Source of the DNA: Rozella allomycis CSF55
Taxonomy: Eukaryota
NCBI GenBank assembly: GCA_000442015.1
Contig: KE561045.1
Location: 1 to 64,000 of the forward strand
Direction of reading: 5' to 3'
Length of the DNA: 64,000 nt
Shown: positions 1 to 13,053 of the stretch, in pieces
How positions within the stretch are numbered: the stretch's first letter is position 1
How the letters are laid out: the number at the start of each line of letters is the position of its first letter
The notes under the pieces: model-generated
The model's input: the letters and a program-made list of their open reading frames with translations, nothing else
Database searches by the model: none
What the model was told of the DNA's origin: nothing
Program-made: the position numbers and the translations under genes

Positions 1-2069
1 TCCACTTTCTCCACTAGCCCTTTGAGACATTCAATGAAGCGTTTGATTACACGACTACTAAATTCTGCAGGTTTATATGAAGCGATCTCATGTATGATTG
101 CATACGGAATAGATATACGACTGCCATTGATCAAACAAACAGAACTGTCCCGAAGACGTGCCCAACTCAAATTTCCAATGACCTTAGAATTTAGTACAAC
201 CTTTAACCCGGAAAAGGAATGTGCTGCTAGTTTGATAAAATCGATTTCTTTTAAAGTCTTGTACATTCCATTCTCTTTGACCTTTCCCCATGCTTCGATA
301 TAACATGCCTTGATGCTTTTAAATGCTTTTTCAGCCTCTTCTACGGTTGGAACCTTGTCATCTCTTTCAGAAACTTCNACGACTACTAAATTCGGCAGGT
401 TTATACGAAGCGATCTCATGTATGATTGCATACGGAATAGATATACGACTGCCATTNCCATCAATATTAATTTTTCCCCATGCTGCGATGTATTGGATCT
501 TGACGCTCTGAAATGCTTTTTCTGCTTCCTCAACTGTTGGAACCTTGTCATATCTGCCAGAAACGTCCTTGACTAGCAACAAGATATATTCTGTGAACCA
601 TCTTGGAACTCCTCCCAGATAAAACAAATGTCTTCGAACAGGGGTCTGTTTCAAAAGATCAATGCCACAGGGGATAGACTCAATTGATCGTGCCATTTCA
701 GCATCACTAAGAAGAGACATTGGCAAACGAAGGGTTTCTGTCTTGGTTGAATTGACAATTGAGATGGCAGAGAAATCTGTCCCAGCAAACATTGGGTAGA
801 TGCGAATGTGTTCAACAGGAGATGCTACAATCCCGCCAATAGCGTTGATCAAATCTTGCAAAAGTTCTTCTCTGCCAACTTTGATTCCCCTGACATCTTA
901 AATTGACTGATACTCATCCACTCCAAGAAACATATGAAACACGTCATTCTCGCCAATCACTCCCAAGGACACAGCCTTCATGCGGATCACTTTCAAGGCT
1001 TTACGAAGAGTTAACTCAGCTCCATTAACAGGTAAACATGTTTCAAACCACTCTATAAAGTCCACTCCATGTCCCTCTATAAACACCCGGTACAACAATC
1101 TCCATGAAAAGGATGCCTCAATTTGCATACTCTTCTCAACTGGCTGAGGATTATGCCCATTGTAGTAAGGAACAAGAACTCCAAAGCGTGGTTGACCTAC
1201 ACCGGCCAAGTCCAATATACGTTCAAATTCTTCCATCAACCGAGTCTTCCCAAGTCCACTCAATCCAGACGCTACAGGGATTTTCAATTCTACTTTACTT
1301 TTTCCAACAGGATTTGCAAACATTTTGAACTTATCTGCTGCCTGTGCAATTGCTTCTTCTCTTCCTGACAGTTCAATATTCCGNCGCCATTCCCTCAATA
1401 AACACTCGATACAACAATCGCCATGAAAATGATGCCTCAATCTTCATGGCCTCTTCAACTGGCTGAGGATTATGCCCATTGTAATAAGGAACAAGAACTC
1501 CAAAGCGTGGGCGCAATACGTCTGCCTCGTCGAATATTCTTTCCCATTCGTCCATCAACCTAGTCTTTCCAAGTCCGCTCAATCCAGACGCTACGGGAAG
1601 TTTTCGTGTTTCTTTATCCTTTCCAAAAGGATCTGCAAATACTTTGAACTTCTCGGCTGCTTGGTTAATTGCTGCTTCCCTTCCTGAAAATGCAATCTTG
1701 CGCTTCTCTTCAGATAGGAGTCGACAAGATGCAAACAGCTTAGATACATCAATCATCTGCATATTCATAAAATTCAACAAGGCCCGAGGATTGGATAAAT
1801 CAACTTGTTCTCCTCGAGGTCCATTCTGTTGATCTATTTCCATTGGTACTACTTATTATTTAACCAATCTTTTTATTCTTACTTGTTGGATGCAGCTCGT
1901 TGTAAATGAATGTCCCCCAGCGTTGAAATTCGTCCTTCCAATCCTCTTTTGTCATTTTGAGCAAGGCACCGAAAGGAGAGTCCTCGATAAAATTCTTGAT
2001 ACATTCCTTCGCTGTTTCACTCGAGCAGTTAGCTTCAACCCATTGCAAGAGCTCTTTTTTGGCCATCAT
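1..2069 (-). pseudogene. Crinkler(CR)-like effector: SAM-like N-terminal header + P-loop NTPase; mosaic of paralogous fragments across N joins, one in-frame stop
   Basis: Walker A VASGLSGLGKT (two diverged copies either side of N1384) and Walker B MFLGVDEYQ. N-terminal GALLKMTKEDWK..GTFIYNELHP is SAM-like. Intron 1852-1882. In-frame TAA at 898-900 joins ORFs 898..1440 and 367..861. Runs off the window start. Confidence 0.6.
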
Positions 2070-2432
2070 TTTTTGCCAGGGTATTCAAAAACATGGGTTC
2101 ATTTGTTTGCTTTGATTGGAAACAAATAATTTCAAAAGGTTCATAAGAAATATCTTCATGCAAGAGATGTAAAAAATAAAAAATTGACATCTCGAAAGCC
2201 TTGCTCAATTTCAAATTCAATTTTGGTCGGATGTAAAATTTCAATCTGGTTTCAAAAAGATCGTCTATCATTTTATTAAGAGTAAAAGGACAAATCAATG
2301 ACTTATCATCTAACACATAACAAAGGGATTTGGAACCCCAAACCAAGACCATGAGCTTATTGAGCTGGATTAACTTTTGATATGTGTGAGTAGCAAATGA
2401 TGAGAGAAGTTAATGGGTATGTTAATATTGTC

Positions 2433-2588
2433 TTTCATTGGTTTGTTTATTTAAAGGAAAAGAACTCTGTTACGACACTATGGCATTTGAGAGCTGCAAT
2501 TTTGACTGATTTTCATTGGTTTGTTCATTTAAAGGAAAAGAACTCTGTTACGACACTATGGCATTTGATAGCTGCAATTTTGACTGAT
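2433..2588. repeat. Two-copy tandem repeat of ~78 bp
   Basis: TTCATTGGTTTGTT(T/C)ATTTAAAGGAAAAGAACTCTGTTACGACACTATGGCATTTGA(G/T)AGCTGCAATTTTGACTGAT occurs twice. Confidence 0.9.
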
Positions 2589-3053
2589 GATCAAACTTTG
2601 ATTGGCAATGTGACTTGATGATTTGGGTATTGGATGGCTATGACTTGACGATTCTTGATCTGAGGTGACCGTTAATAGTTTTGGTGTCTTCTAGTGCTAA
2701 TGTTGTTGGGATAGTATAAATCGGAGCTTCAAGAGTTTATATTTTCAAGATGATTATAATTTATTCCAGTTGGGATAGATGCAGTAGATGAAATTTGAAA
2801 ATAGTACCTGACAATAAATAAATTAAGAGCATTCTTATTATTCCATATAGGACTAACCAAACGAATGTATAAGATAGTTTATTTATTCAAACTGCAAACA
2901 TCGATAAAATTGCTGTGTATTGAAACTAATGTTCAAAGTCAACCGTAACTCTTGTAGGACACTTGTTCATCTGGGCAGAGAAAGCAATTTTCTGTCTCTT
3001 GCATTTGTATGTTAAGCGCTTGATTTGACCTATAATATTCAGAACCTTTACTA

Positions 3054-3260
3054 TTAGCACTTTCTCGAGTCAATCGAGTTGTAACGAGCCTCTATCAAGT
3101 TTATAACAGAAATTGCATCTTTAAGCCAAGACACAGTCGCATCAGAACTTAGCTGTTGATGCAAGACCTTTATTTTGCTGATGTAGCATTCCTTTGACTT
3201 TGGGGACAAATTGTCATTTTGAATTGCTGTAATGATGGCTGTTATTGATTGATATTTCAT
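3054..3260 (-). pseudogene. Short ORF fragment, possibly a relic of a viral/Polinton-type integrase N-terminus
   Basis: NLSPKSKECYISKIKVL...WLKD...VINLIEARY pattern followed by stops. Assignment is from pattern memory only. Confidence 0.25.
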
Positions 3261-3942
3261 AGTTTATTAATTGAAATAGAAATAAATAAGTTTTTCATGA
3301 TATTATACTGTGTCAATTCATTGAGCTATCAACGTCTGTGTTCTATAATTTGGCTCAGTTTTCAAAAAAACGAAAGATTATGAATCAAAAAGTATTCGTT
3401 AATCGTCTAATAAATTTTGAGCTAATTGAGCTAAAATAATCAAAGGATTAAAGGCATAGGAAGTCCTGCTGGCTGATGAATTTTCGGCAAATCTTTGTAA
3501 GAAGAATAAGAAGTTGTTAACAAACTGAGTTAACAAGACTGGGGTCTTGGATTTCAGGAACTCTTGTATTTAATTAAAGGGTTATCTTTAATCTCTTATC
3601 TGATGATCTTCAAGGTTACTTCCTTATGCAATGGTTGACTCATTACATCACCCCCGCTTCTAAGGTTCTGTTCTGGTTGANTGCAATGTTGATGTTCCCT
3701 ACCTCTTTGGGCCAGGATTCAAGACTGCAACAATAATGTTTGCATCTGGGAAAGCTGAGTTGGAACTAGAATAAAATGTAATGTGCTTCCTTGGCATGAG
3801 ATAGTGTAGCAAAGTGAATTTAAAATACACTGTCCCGTTGAATCTTGATTTCAAGACACTACACATAAAATGCAATCGCTTTGACAATTGTGTGAAAAAA
3901 AACTATTTTTAGGTTGAAGGGAAGTGTGTAAAATCAAAATGT

Positions 3943-4985
3943 TTATTTCCTTAAAATTATTTCAGCTAGTCCTTTGGTATCTTCGTTTTGATTAACTTTT
4001 TCATCTTTTCTTTTTCGTATCATGTTCCGTTCTTTAAAAGAAATGTCATCTGCAACGATTGATGGGCAAAGTTCCATACAGACATCAAGGTCGTCATGCG
4101 TTATTAAATGATTCGTTTTAACCATTTGATTCTTCTCTGATGCCTTGTTTTTCCAAGATGGTGGTAATAAATCGCTCTTTTCATTCAAAGCACGAGGGCT
4201 AGTAAACCTGATTACGTCTTGAAGCATATTTTTAATGTGGTACTAATTTATTATTTACTATTTACTTACTTCAAGGCTTACATACATCGCATTGACGCAA
4301 TCATCGCTAACACCTCCAGGTACATCGTTATCGACAGCCAAAAATGCCAATTTTCGTTTCAGCTCTTCTTTCGTTCCCATATTATTTTCAAATGACATAA
4401 AATGGAGATTATCTGGCTTTAGGATATCTTTCAAAATAAAATAATCTACATACTCGATTTAGTTGACATTGGCGATACCGAAGATTCGCTAAAAGAATGA
4501 TGCTGCCTAAACCAATACGGTGATTCTGATAAAACGGGAGTTTGCTGTGATTCTGGTTGCTGCAAAAATAGTTGTTTAATTCGAGTGCGCTCTTGTTTGT
4601 TAATATGAAAAAATTCGCTTCCTTTTAACGATAATCGCCTATTGTTGACTCTTTTTACGCTCTTCTTTGCTTTCTTCTTAAATCGATCGTCTTCGTGCAC
4701 CAACTTTTTTCGAGGTTGTGAAGGAACCGGGTGGAATCTAGCGTTGCAAAGCAAAGCGTGAATCAAATCATTATGTATACACACTAAAATATGAATATTT
4801 GAAAACATTGTACGTTGATTGGTGGGGAAAAGATGCTTGACATGCAAATCGAATTCTTCTTTCGTGAGGCGACTAGTCAAAAATCGTTTTAATACTAGCC
4901 AGTATATAACGGATCGTTCCTTTAAAAGGTCATTGATGGAATTTCGTAGCGCATCAACGTCGATACGGCTGGAAACGTTACGCAT
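3943..4985 (-). CDS. TADA1: SAGA complex subunit Ada1/Tada1-like (3 introns)
   Basis: RIDVDALR...YWLVLKRFLTSRLTKEEFD...HNDLIHALLCNA. Downstream exons join in frame via GT-AG mini-introns. Confidence 0.75.
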
Positions 4986-5132
4986 TCCGAAATTTCAGAT
5001 TTGTTTTTATTTCAGCTAAGCCTTATACCATATTTGATTAGCGATAAAAACATGCCTTTTGTGGTGAAATATAATAAAACTCTGCAATATAGTCAAACCT
5101 ATCAGTAAAAAGTTTGAAGCAGAAAGATTCTT

Positions 5133-7698
5133 TTATTGTTGTTGAACGCCTTCAGCCTTTTGATCGTCAATTTGCTGAGTTATAGGCTCCACGTCATTTT
5201 GACTTTCTTCTTGTGTTACATCCGCTTTGACTAGTGGCTCAGATGCGGGAACATCGCTAGAATGTTGATTTTCTGTCAATTGACTTTCCTTTTCCTCCTT
5301 TCCTTCCTGTGTTTCTACTTGAATTTGTTGCTCTGTTGATTCAGGTTGTGGTTGCTCATTGCTGGGTACATCTGAAGGGGCGACGACTTCAGATTTGGAA
5401 TCTTCTGCAGTTGTATTTTCAGTTTTTAGTTCTTCCTGGTCAGCCAGATTTTCACTGGGAGCACCTTCAGTTTGTTGATTCTCAGCATTAGTAATTACTT
5501 CGCCAGGCGTTACTTGTTCAACTGGTTGTACCTCGTTGGTGGCTGGGCTAATGTCATCTTGTGTAACAAGAATATGTGGTTGTGAACCATTTGGAGTGCT
5601 AAAGAAGAAATTTATTTCCCTCTCTGCACTTTCTAGAGAGTCGCTTCCATGAACTGCGTTTAATGATCCATCTGTTCCAAACATGGCCCTTATACTGAAA
5701 TCAATGAAATAGAACCAAAATACCTATCTGGAGCCTCTTCTTTGGCTTTTATAGAATTAGTCGGTCCTATAGCTTGCCGCCAAGCCTGAACCGCATCTTC
5801 TTTCTCTAAAATCAACGCGATGATAGGAGAACAACTAAATTCACAAGGGCAAATTTTACCTTGAAATCCATGAAGTCAATGTTTCATAAAATGGCTTTCC
5901 TTCATGTTCCTTGTAAAATGATTTTGCCTCATCGATCGTTAAATGAATTTTCTTTTGAGCCGCAATGTTGAAGCCCTTTTGTCTGATTACATTTAAAACT
6001 TCTTCCTCTCTTCCAGAAGAAATGATGTCGGGTTTAATCATAGCAAATGTCCTTGGAAGAATAACTTCAGGCATGGAACCACTGCTTACAGAATTACCAG
6101 AAGAAAATAAGTGTGGGAAAATATATTCAATTTCAATGGACGCATAATCTACTGATTTAGATCCATGGACGGCGTTTTGAATCTCATTGGCGCCATAACG
6201 AGCACGCAAGCTAAAGAAGATCTTTACATAAGGTTACCATTCAGGGGCAAGTTCTTTGGCCATTGCAGGATTTGTAGGTCCTATACAATCTCTCCATTCT
6301 TTCACAGCATTTTCTTTCTCAAGAACCATCGCAAGTACTGGACCACTACCGTAAATTCATATTTCATTTTCTACCTGCTTAACCAATTTATAAGATTTGC
6401 AAAGTATGGCGCATTTCTGTGCGTTATGTAAAATCCAGTTGCAGACTCTTCAGTAAATTGAACTTGTTCCATTGTAATTATCTTAAAGTCATGATCCTTA
6501 ATGTAATCAACAACTTCTGCAGCCTTTCCTGACTGAACAAGATCTGGCTTAATGATAGCCAATGTACGTTGAATAGGTGATATATCTTCTGGAAAAAAGA
6601 ATTTAACTTCCCTCTTGGCTGCCTCCTCGGATTTGCTACCATGAATTGCATTTCTAACAGTATCAGTTCCAAACATGCCTCGCAAGCTATTTCCTTTGAC
6701 CTTTATTTTTACCATTTTGAATCATTTTCTTTGGCCAGTTTTGGATTGGATGCACCAATTAACGTCCTCCAGGCACTCACAGCATTTTCCTTTGACAAAA
6801 TCATAGCAAATACTGGTCCCCTATATTCAAATGTAAAAATAATTACTCGCTCATATAATTTACCAATGATTGAAAATATGGCTGGTTTTCGTGGTCCTTG
6901 AAAAATTCAGCAACCCTTTCTGGGGTAAGCAATACCTCTTGCTGTTGCACTATTTGAAAGCCATTCTTATAAATATATCGCTTCACATCGTCAACTTTAT
7001 TTTCACTAACAATATCAGGTTTTAAGATTGCTAAAGTCCTTTCTTCCCTTTCATTGTAGAACACATGTTTCAGAGATGAGCCTTGCCTATTGTTTATTGT
7101 TCTTGCTTTAATAGACGATCTATTTCCTTCTGTTTCATTCAACTGAAGGTAATGAATGAAAACTAGAAAAATATATTTGGAAAATGAAAAAAGCATAAAT
7201 TTTAGAAAAACTTACTGGTACATGAACACCTCCAGTCTTTTCAATGTTTACCTCTTCCTTTACATATTTCTCTAAAAGTGGGGTGTTCGCCCCTTTCACT
7301 TCCTTGACCAATACCCCAGCCTATGAGTTTTGACACGTCATAATTACTGCATAAATTAAGAAGGTCGGTCGTGATTTGTTTCTGTAGATTGATAAATCTG
7401 AGATTTGATCACATTGAACCTATAATTATAGATATCTAACCAATACCTTTGCAAATGAGACAAGATCGCCATTCTCCGTTTTCAGTTTCTTTAACACCAA
7501 TGACATAGCTTCACATGAGCCAGCCCAACTGGAAAATACATCAAATACTAGTAAATTATGCCCTTGTATGCGATTTACTGTGAACACCAGGTTTTTCACA
7601 TTCTCCCATAAATTCTTCATCTGTAGACAGAAAGTTTTTCTAGTATAATTCAATTAGTTCTATTTTACCTTGACTTCTTCAGTATTCTTTCCCAACAT
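5133..7698 (-). CDS. NME8: Thioredoxin-like domain + three nucleoside diphosphate kinase domains (NME8/NME9/TXNDC3-like axonemal protein), acidic tail; 11 introns
   Basis: FDVFSSWAGSCEAM Trx-like motif; three RT(L/F)A(I/M)(L/I)KPD ... NA(I/V)HGS NDK repeats. Confidence 0.8.
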
Positions 7699-7980
7699 AT
7701 AATGTAAATAGAACCCTTGCAATTGCGTGATGTATATTATTAAACAAAGTTATTTTGGTCTCATAAGTATAATTGATACAATTGCATTCGATATAAGATT
7801 CGTTAAATATCAACATGCGTGATGAATATATTTTATGAAGATACGATCCAAGATGATACCAATACGGAATACCATATTTGAAGTAATAAAAATATTTCAA
7901 ATTGTATTTAAGAGTATACTTTTTCTTATCTAAACCTTTTATTTACGGTTTATAAATTTCCGAATAGAAAAATCTTTGCC

Positions 7981-9350
7981 ATGAGACTTAGAACGACAGC
8001 GAGAAAAACAGCGACAATATCTGAGAATACAAACTCAAATAATACTTCAAGAAACACCTCAAGAAACGCTTCGCCAGTGCCAAAGCGCCGTGGACCAAAA
8101 AGGGCGGAACCCGCAAAAACGAAAAAGCCCAAAGTCAAAAATATTCCAAATGTTCCTAAAAACACTGTTACGGGTGATGTATATGTATTTGGATCTGGTG
8201 ATTGTGCGCAGTTAGGGATGGGAGAAGATGTGTTGTCATTGGCAAAACCTCAAATTCACCCATTCTTTGCTGACAAGAATATTATACAAGTAGAAGCTGG
8301 TGGTTTACACAGTCTACTTTTATCACTAGACGGAAAAGTATGTTAGTTGTTTTTATGTGATAGGTGTATTCTATGGGCTGCAATGACGATGGCGCGCTTG
8401 GACACGAAGAACCAGAATTTTCACCTGGTTTAGTTTTGGGGCTTGAAGATCAAAAGGTTGTGAATATTGCGTGTGGTGATTCGATTTCTGCGGCATTAAC
8501 TGCTGACGGAAAGGTTTTTGCTTGGGGAACATTTAGAGTAATTTAGTTATACTATTTGTGATAAAAGAGCTCGAGAGGCATTTTTGGTTTTGATGAACAT
8601 ACGACAATACAAAAACGCGCAACTCAGGTTTTAGGATTGAAAAATCAATTTGTTAAATACATTGCTTCAGGCGCTAATCATTTAATAGCTCTTACTTCTG
8701 ATGGAAAAATGTGGAGTTGGGGATGTACTGAGCAAGGGCAATTAGGAAGAAGACTTGTAGCGAGGCAAGAACTACAAACGTTAATTCCACGAACAGTGAC
8801 AAACTCAAGATCTAAACTTAATTCCGGCTATAAGACAGTTGTTTGTGGTTCTTATCACACTCTTACGATTAATGAACAAGGAGAAGTGTTTGGCTTCGGT
8901 TTGAATAATTATGGACAACTAGGATTGGGAGATGAAGAAAGTAGAGTAACGGCAGAGCAGATAGACCCAGAAAATTTTGATGGCGAAACTCCAATAGATT
9001 TAGCAGCTGGAGAACATCATTCAATTGCGTTGACTTCTTCAGGACATGTGTTTTCATTTGGAAGAGGTGATTCTGGTCAATTAGGATTGCCTGAGGAACC
9101 AAAGCATTCACCATTGCCAAAGAAGATTCCTTCATTAAAGAATGTAGAAATGATTTCGTCTGGAAGTAATCATTGTTTGGCCAAAACTAAATCTGGTGAA
9201 ATCTACAGTTGGGGATACGGAGAAATGCTCCAACTTGGAAATGGAAAAGAAGAAGATGAGGTTGTTCCATTTAAATTAAAGTTTGATGGATCAAAAGTCT
9301 TACAAATTCAAGGAGGAGGTCAACATTCGATGATACTTGTTCAAAAATAA
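7981..9350 (+). CDS. RCC1: RCC1 (Ran GEF, Prp20/Pim1-like); 2 introns
   Basis: Basic N-terminal tail and multiple RCC1 repeats ([33 protein letters not shown]). Confidence 0.9.
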
Positions 9351-9367
9351 TAAAGTGATTTCATTTA

Positions 9368-10008
9368 TTACATAAACAGTCCTAAATAATCTTCTTTGAT
9401 GGATCCTAATGCAATCTTTAAATTTAAGTATAAAATTTTCATTCTTACCATTTCTGAAGCCTGAACTGACAAGTTCACAATCTTCACTCTAACTTGTTCA
9501 TCTTTTATCAATTTCATCGTTTGATCTTCGGAAATATAATACGGTGGATTCGAGTTCGGTTCAAACGTAAATTCGTCGGGAAATCCCTGTTGCAGTATTT
9601 AATAACCATTTACATGATTAGATATAAAAACCCTTAGTGGGCCACAATCTACGTATATTCCAAACTATATACCAGACACATGTGAATCCATTACACTATT
9701 GACTTCGCTTATTTTCCCATCCAAAACTTGATTTTTAAATGGCCTAAACACTATGGCCTTGTATTTAATCAAAAACTTTGCAGCGCCAAATGTATCTTCT
9801 ATAACACCTCTACTTATATTATCTATATTCACAACACTAATAATATATCCAGTTTGGCCATGGAATTTCCCTTCAACTTCCATGTACAAACTGCGAGTAA
9901 GAATCTGCTTTAAACCAGGACCAAAAAATTTAGGCGGTAATGATACCTCATGTTCCAGGTCTTTCTAAAAGAATTAAAAGACACTGGAAATTTTACGAGA
10001 AAATACAT
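9368..10008 (-). CDS. RPB7: RNA polymerase II subunit Rpb7; 4 introns
   Basis: MYFLKDLEHEVSLPPKFFGP...EVEGK..GQTGYIISV...YKAIVFRPFKNQVLDG...ALGSIKEDYLG. Confidence 0.95.
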
Positions 10009-10298
10009 GTGCAAAAAACAACTGGAGTGTTTGAGAAATTTCTACTTTAATATTGATTCTTTAACGAATGTTATAAACTTGTATTTAAATAAACATTTTC
10101 ATGAAGCTTTGATTAGCAAGGTACCTATTCCTATTTACAATTTGAGATTTAAAATATCACATCAGTTCTACTTAATTTACCTAAGTTTGAAGTTTCTATG
10201 CTGCTTGTATTTTACATGATATATTTTGGGTTTTTTGATAAATAAGGCGGGAAATTAATTAAAACCAAAACAGGCATTTTAATCCTCAAAAACAAAAC

Positions 10299-12605
10299 AT
10301 GCCCGACCCGAATCGATTTTCTCAAAATAGTTTATCATTATTTCAGAGATGCAATGTGATAATTGATCGATTATTGCTTGTACCTGGATTCGATGAAACG
10401 TATCTTCAGCCCGTTCAAGAAATGACACAATCAGGAAAGAGACATTCTGTAGATCCATTGCAAGTATTATGGTCTGTTTTTAGACAAGCTGGTGGGCTAT
10501 GTATGCTAATGAATATTCTTAAACCCGGAAGCGTTGCATCGATTAATGAAATGCCAAAGAATCCATGTTTGGAAGACTTGTCGAATAATTTGAGCAAGGC
10601 GAATATGTATCATTTTCTGAAAATATGCCGTGAAGATTTGAAAATACCGCCGTCAGCATTGTTTTCGATTTCGGAAGCGTATATGGATGACACGAATTGT
10701 TTCATGAAGGTAATTCAATATAAATCGATTAATGAAAGGTAAGCTGAATGTTTTGAAGATTAAAGGTTTTGCAAACAGTTGAAGTTGTTTTAGACATAAT
10801 GGAAGGAAAGCAATTGCTTCCCAAAAACAGTGCGAGACTGTCAATGGAGAGATCAAAAGAATCTTTATTTCCTAAAGAGTTAATTGGAGATTTAGAGTTG
10901 CGAGCCAGGGTCATAACAGAGTTGATAGAAACAGAACGGAAATATGTCTCAGATTTAGAGATACTTCAAAAATACAGAGAAAATGCCGAGAGGTTGATAA
11001 CAGAAGAGGAGAATATTAAAATATTCAGCAACTTGAATGAACTATTAGATTTCCAGAGAAGGTTTCTGATATCTTTGGAATCAATGTTGCAAGTTCCCTT
11101 AAAAGACCAAACATTTGGACAAATATTTGTTTATATGAAGAGTGGATTTTCAGTTTACGAAACTTATTGTGCGACTCATAAAGTTGCGTCAGAAACAGTT
11201 TTGGAGATTAAAGAAAAACTTAAAGTAAAAGATGAATAATAAATCAACCAGCCAATTTCGCATATTTTGGATCCAGTTATTCAAATTCCATCATATTTAA
11301 TAAAACCAATTCAAAGAGTGTGTAAATATCCGCTATTGCTGCGCGAGTTGCTTAAAGGAACTCCTGAAAGCCATGATGATCATAAATGGATAGAAGAAGC
11401 TGTTGAAGTTTCAAAAGAAATAGCAGAAAAAGTTAATGAGAATCATCGACAGCAAGAAAATATTGCGATTGTTGCGGATATTGAAAAGCGGGTTGAAGAT
11501 TGGAAAGTAAGTTGAAAATAAACTTTCAACCAGGGACATGAAATTGGCCAATTTGGGGAACTTTTGCTGGAAGATAAATTATTAATTGTAGTTAATGGAA
11601 ACCAAAAAGATTTGCTAGTTTATTTATTTGAAAAGATTATTGTGATTCTAAAACAAACACAACCTTCTTTGATTAGAAGGAAATCTAAAAATCTTCAATT
11701 AAAAGGCCACATTTATCTGAAAGCAATTGACTCTATCGTTAATTGTTCAAAAGATGGTAAACTAATGATGTATGCTTAAAAGGAACATTTGCATTAAAAG
11801 TCTATTGGCAAGATGAATCTGAATTGGCGTCTTTTCAACTAATTTTCAGAATGGAAGAGCAAATGAACATGTGGCATTCAACATTAATTAGGCTATTGAA
11901 TAAACGACATTCATCCACAAGCACCATGCCTCACAATAGTTTCAGGTTTAGCACGACAACAACTTCCCGTGACTTTACGTCTAGTAAAATTAATTCTATT
12001 GTCAAATAGGGCCACTTTCACAATCCAAGAGTGTTGATGGTCTCTCCAAAGTATCCGAAAATGCAACACCGCCCAACATTCCCCTTCCAGAAAACCCATC
12101 AATTTCTCGCTCACAATCATCGCCAGACAATGAATGGAAGAAAATAACTCCACAAGCACTGCGAAAGAAGAGGGAATCCAACAACCATGAAGACTCGGGC
12201 CACTCGTTCACCCGATCACATTCACGTAACCAATCAATAGAATTCCATCGCAAATACATGAAAGATAAACAACCACAAGTGGATACAAATTCATTCGCTG
12301 ACGAGTTTGACCAATTGCTCTTAGAAACACAATTGCCGTCCCCTGCTTTTAGTCCAGTGGAGCAGGTTGCTAGGAAAGTTAAAATATACTTTGAAACTGA
12401 AATGCATTTAATGTACTTGTCGTTTCCAATGTCTTTTCAGGATTTGTTGGCGAGAGTGGTTAGCAAAATTGGCAAGGATGATGTCAAGATACAATTTGCT
12501 GATGATGAAGGCGATAGAATAATGATGACTTGTGATGATGATGTTGAATCGGCACTCTCCTTGTCACCTAATGGCACACTTAATTTATACGCTATAAGTG
12601 ATTAA
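10299..12605 (+). CDS. CDC24: Cdc24/Scd1 Rho GEF (CH-DH-PH-PB1)
   Basis: DPLQVLW..FRQ CH domain; ELIETERKYVSDLE and LIKPIQRVCKYPLLLRELL DH domain; C-terminal PB1 DDEGDRIMMTCDDDV. Confidence 0.92.
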
Positions 12606-12710
12606 ATAAATTAGATTAATGTAAATATATAGTATTAAACTATTAATGTATATAATAATTCACAACACAAATATCTTTCTTATAATTCTATAGTTCTCTT
12701 GAGTGGCTTG

Positions 12711-12973
12711 ATGCCACCGTCTTTTTGGACAAAGTTGGCATTAATTTGGGTAGCTAAAAAGGCTGTAGTGTATGGTATTGCTAGAGTATCTTCTATTTGA
12801 TAATTTAATAGGCATATGGCTTTCCAAGAATATATAGAAAAGTGTTAAGATTGAACAGAAGGTTTATAAAAGACCCTGAGACTAGAGATAAAATACAATA
12901 CATAGCAAAGACAATGATTCTATTTCCCAATATAATCAAACAAAAGTATTTAAAACTAAGAAACAAGCGATAA
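12711..12973 (+). CDS. Small basic hypothetical protein (~78 aa), 1 intron, absent from ORF track
   Basis: MPPSFWTKLALIWVAKKAVVYGIAR|AYGFPRIYRKVLRLNRRF...* after removing a 26-nt GT-AG intron. Confidence 0.6.
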
Positions 12974-13053
12974 GTGACGTTAAAATTTTTAGTTTAGACA
13001 TTAAATTTAATATCATGTATTTAATATAAATAATAAAAGTTATTTTATTTAAT

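Noticed and set aside
898-900. In-frame TAA plus a TTA anticodon-like triplet in the tRNA-like element near 35368, suggesting stop-codon reassignment
   Set aside because: TAA, TAG and TGA all end conserved genes here, other ORF breaks are explained by introns, and the tRNA-like element is structurally degenerate.
2433-2588. Repeat resembling a CRISPR array
   Set aside because: Only two adjacent copies with no spacer, no cas genes, and a eukaryotic context.
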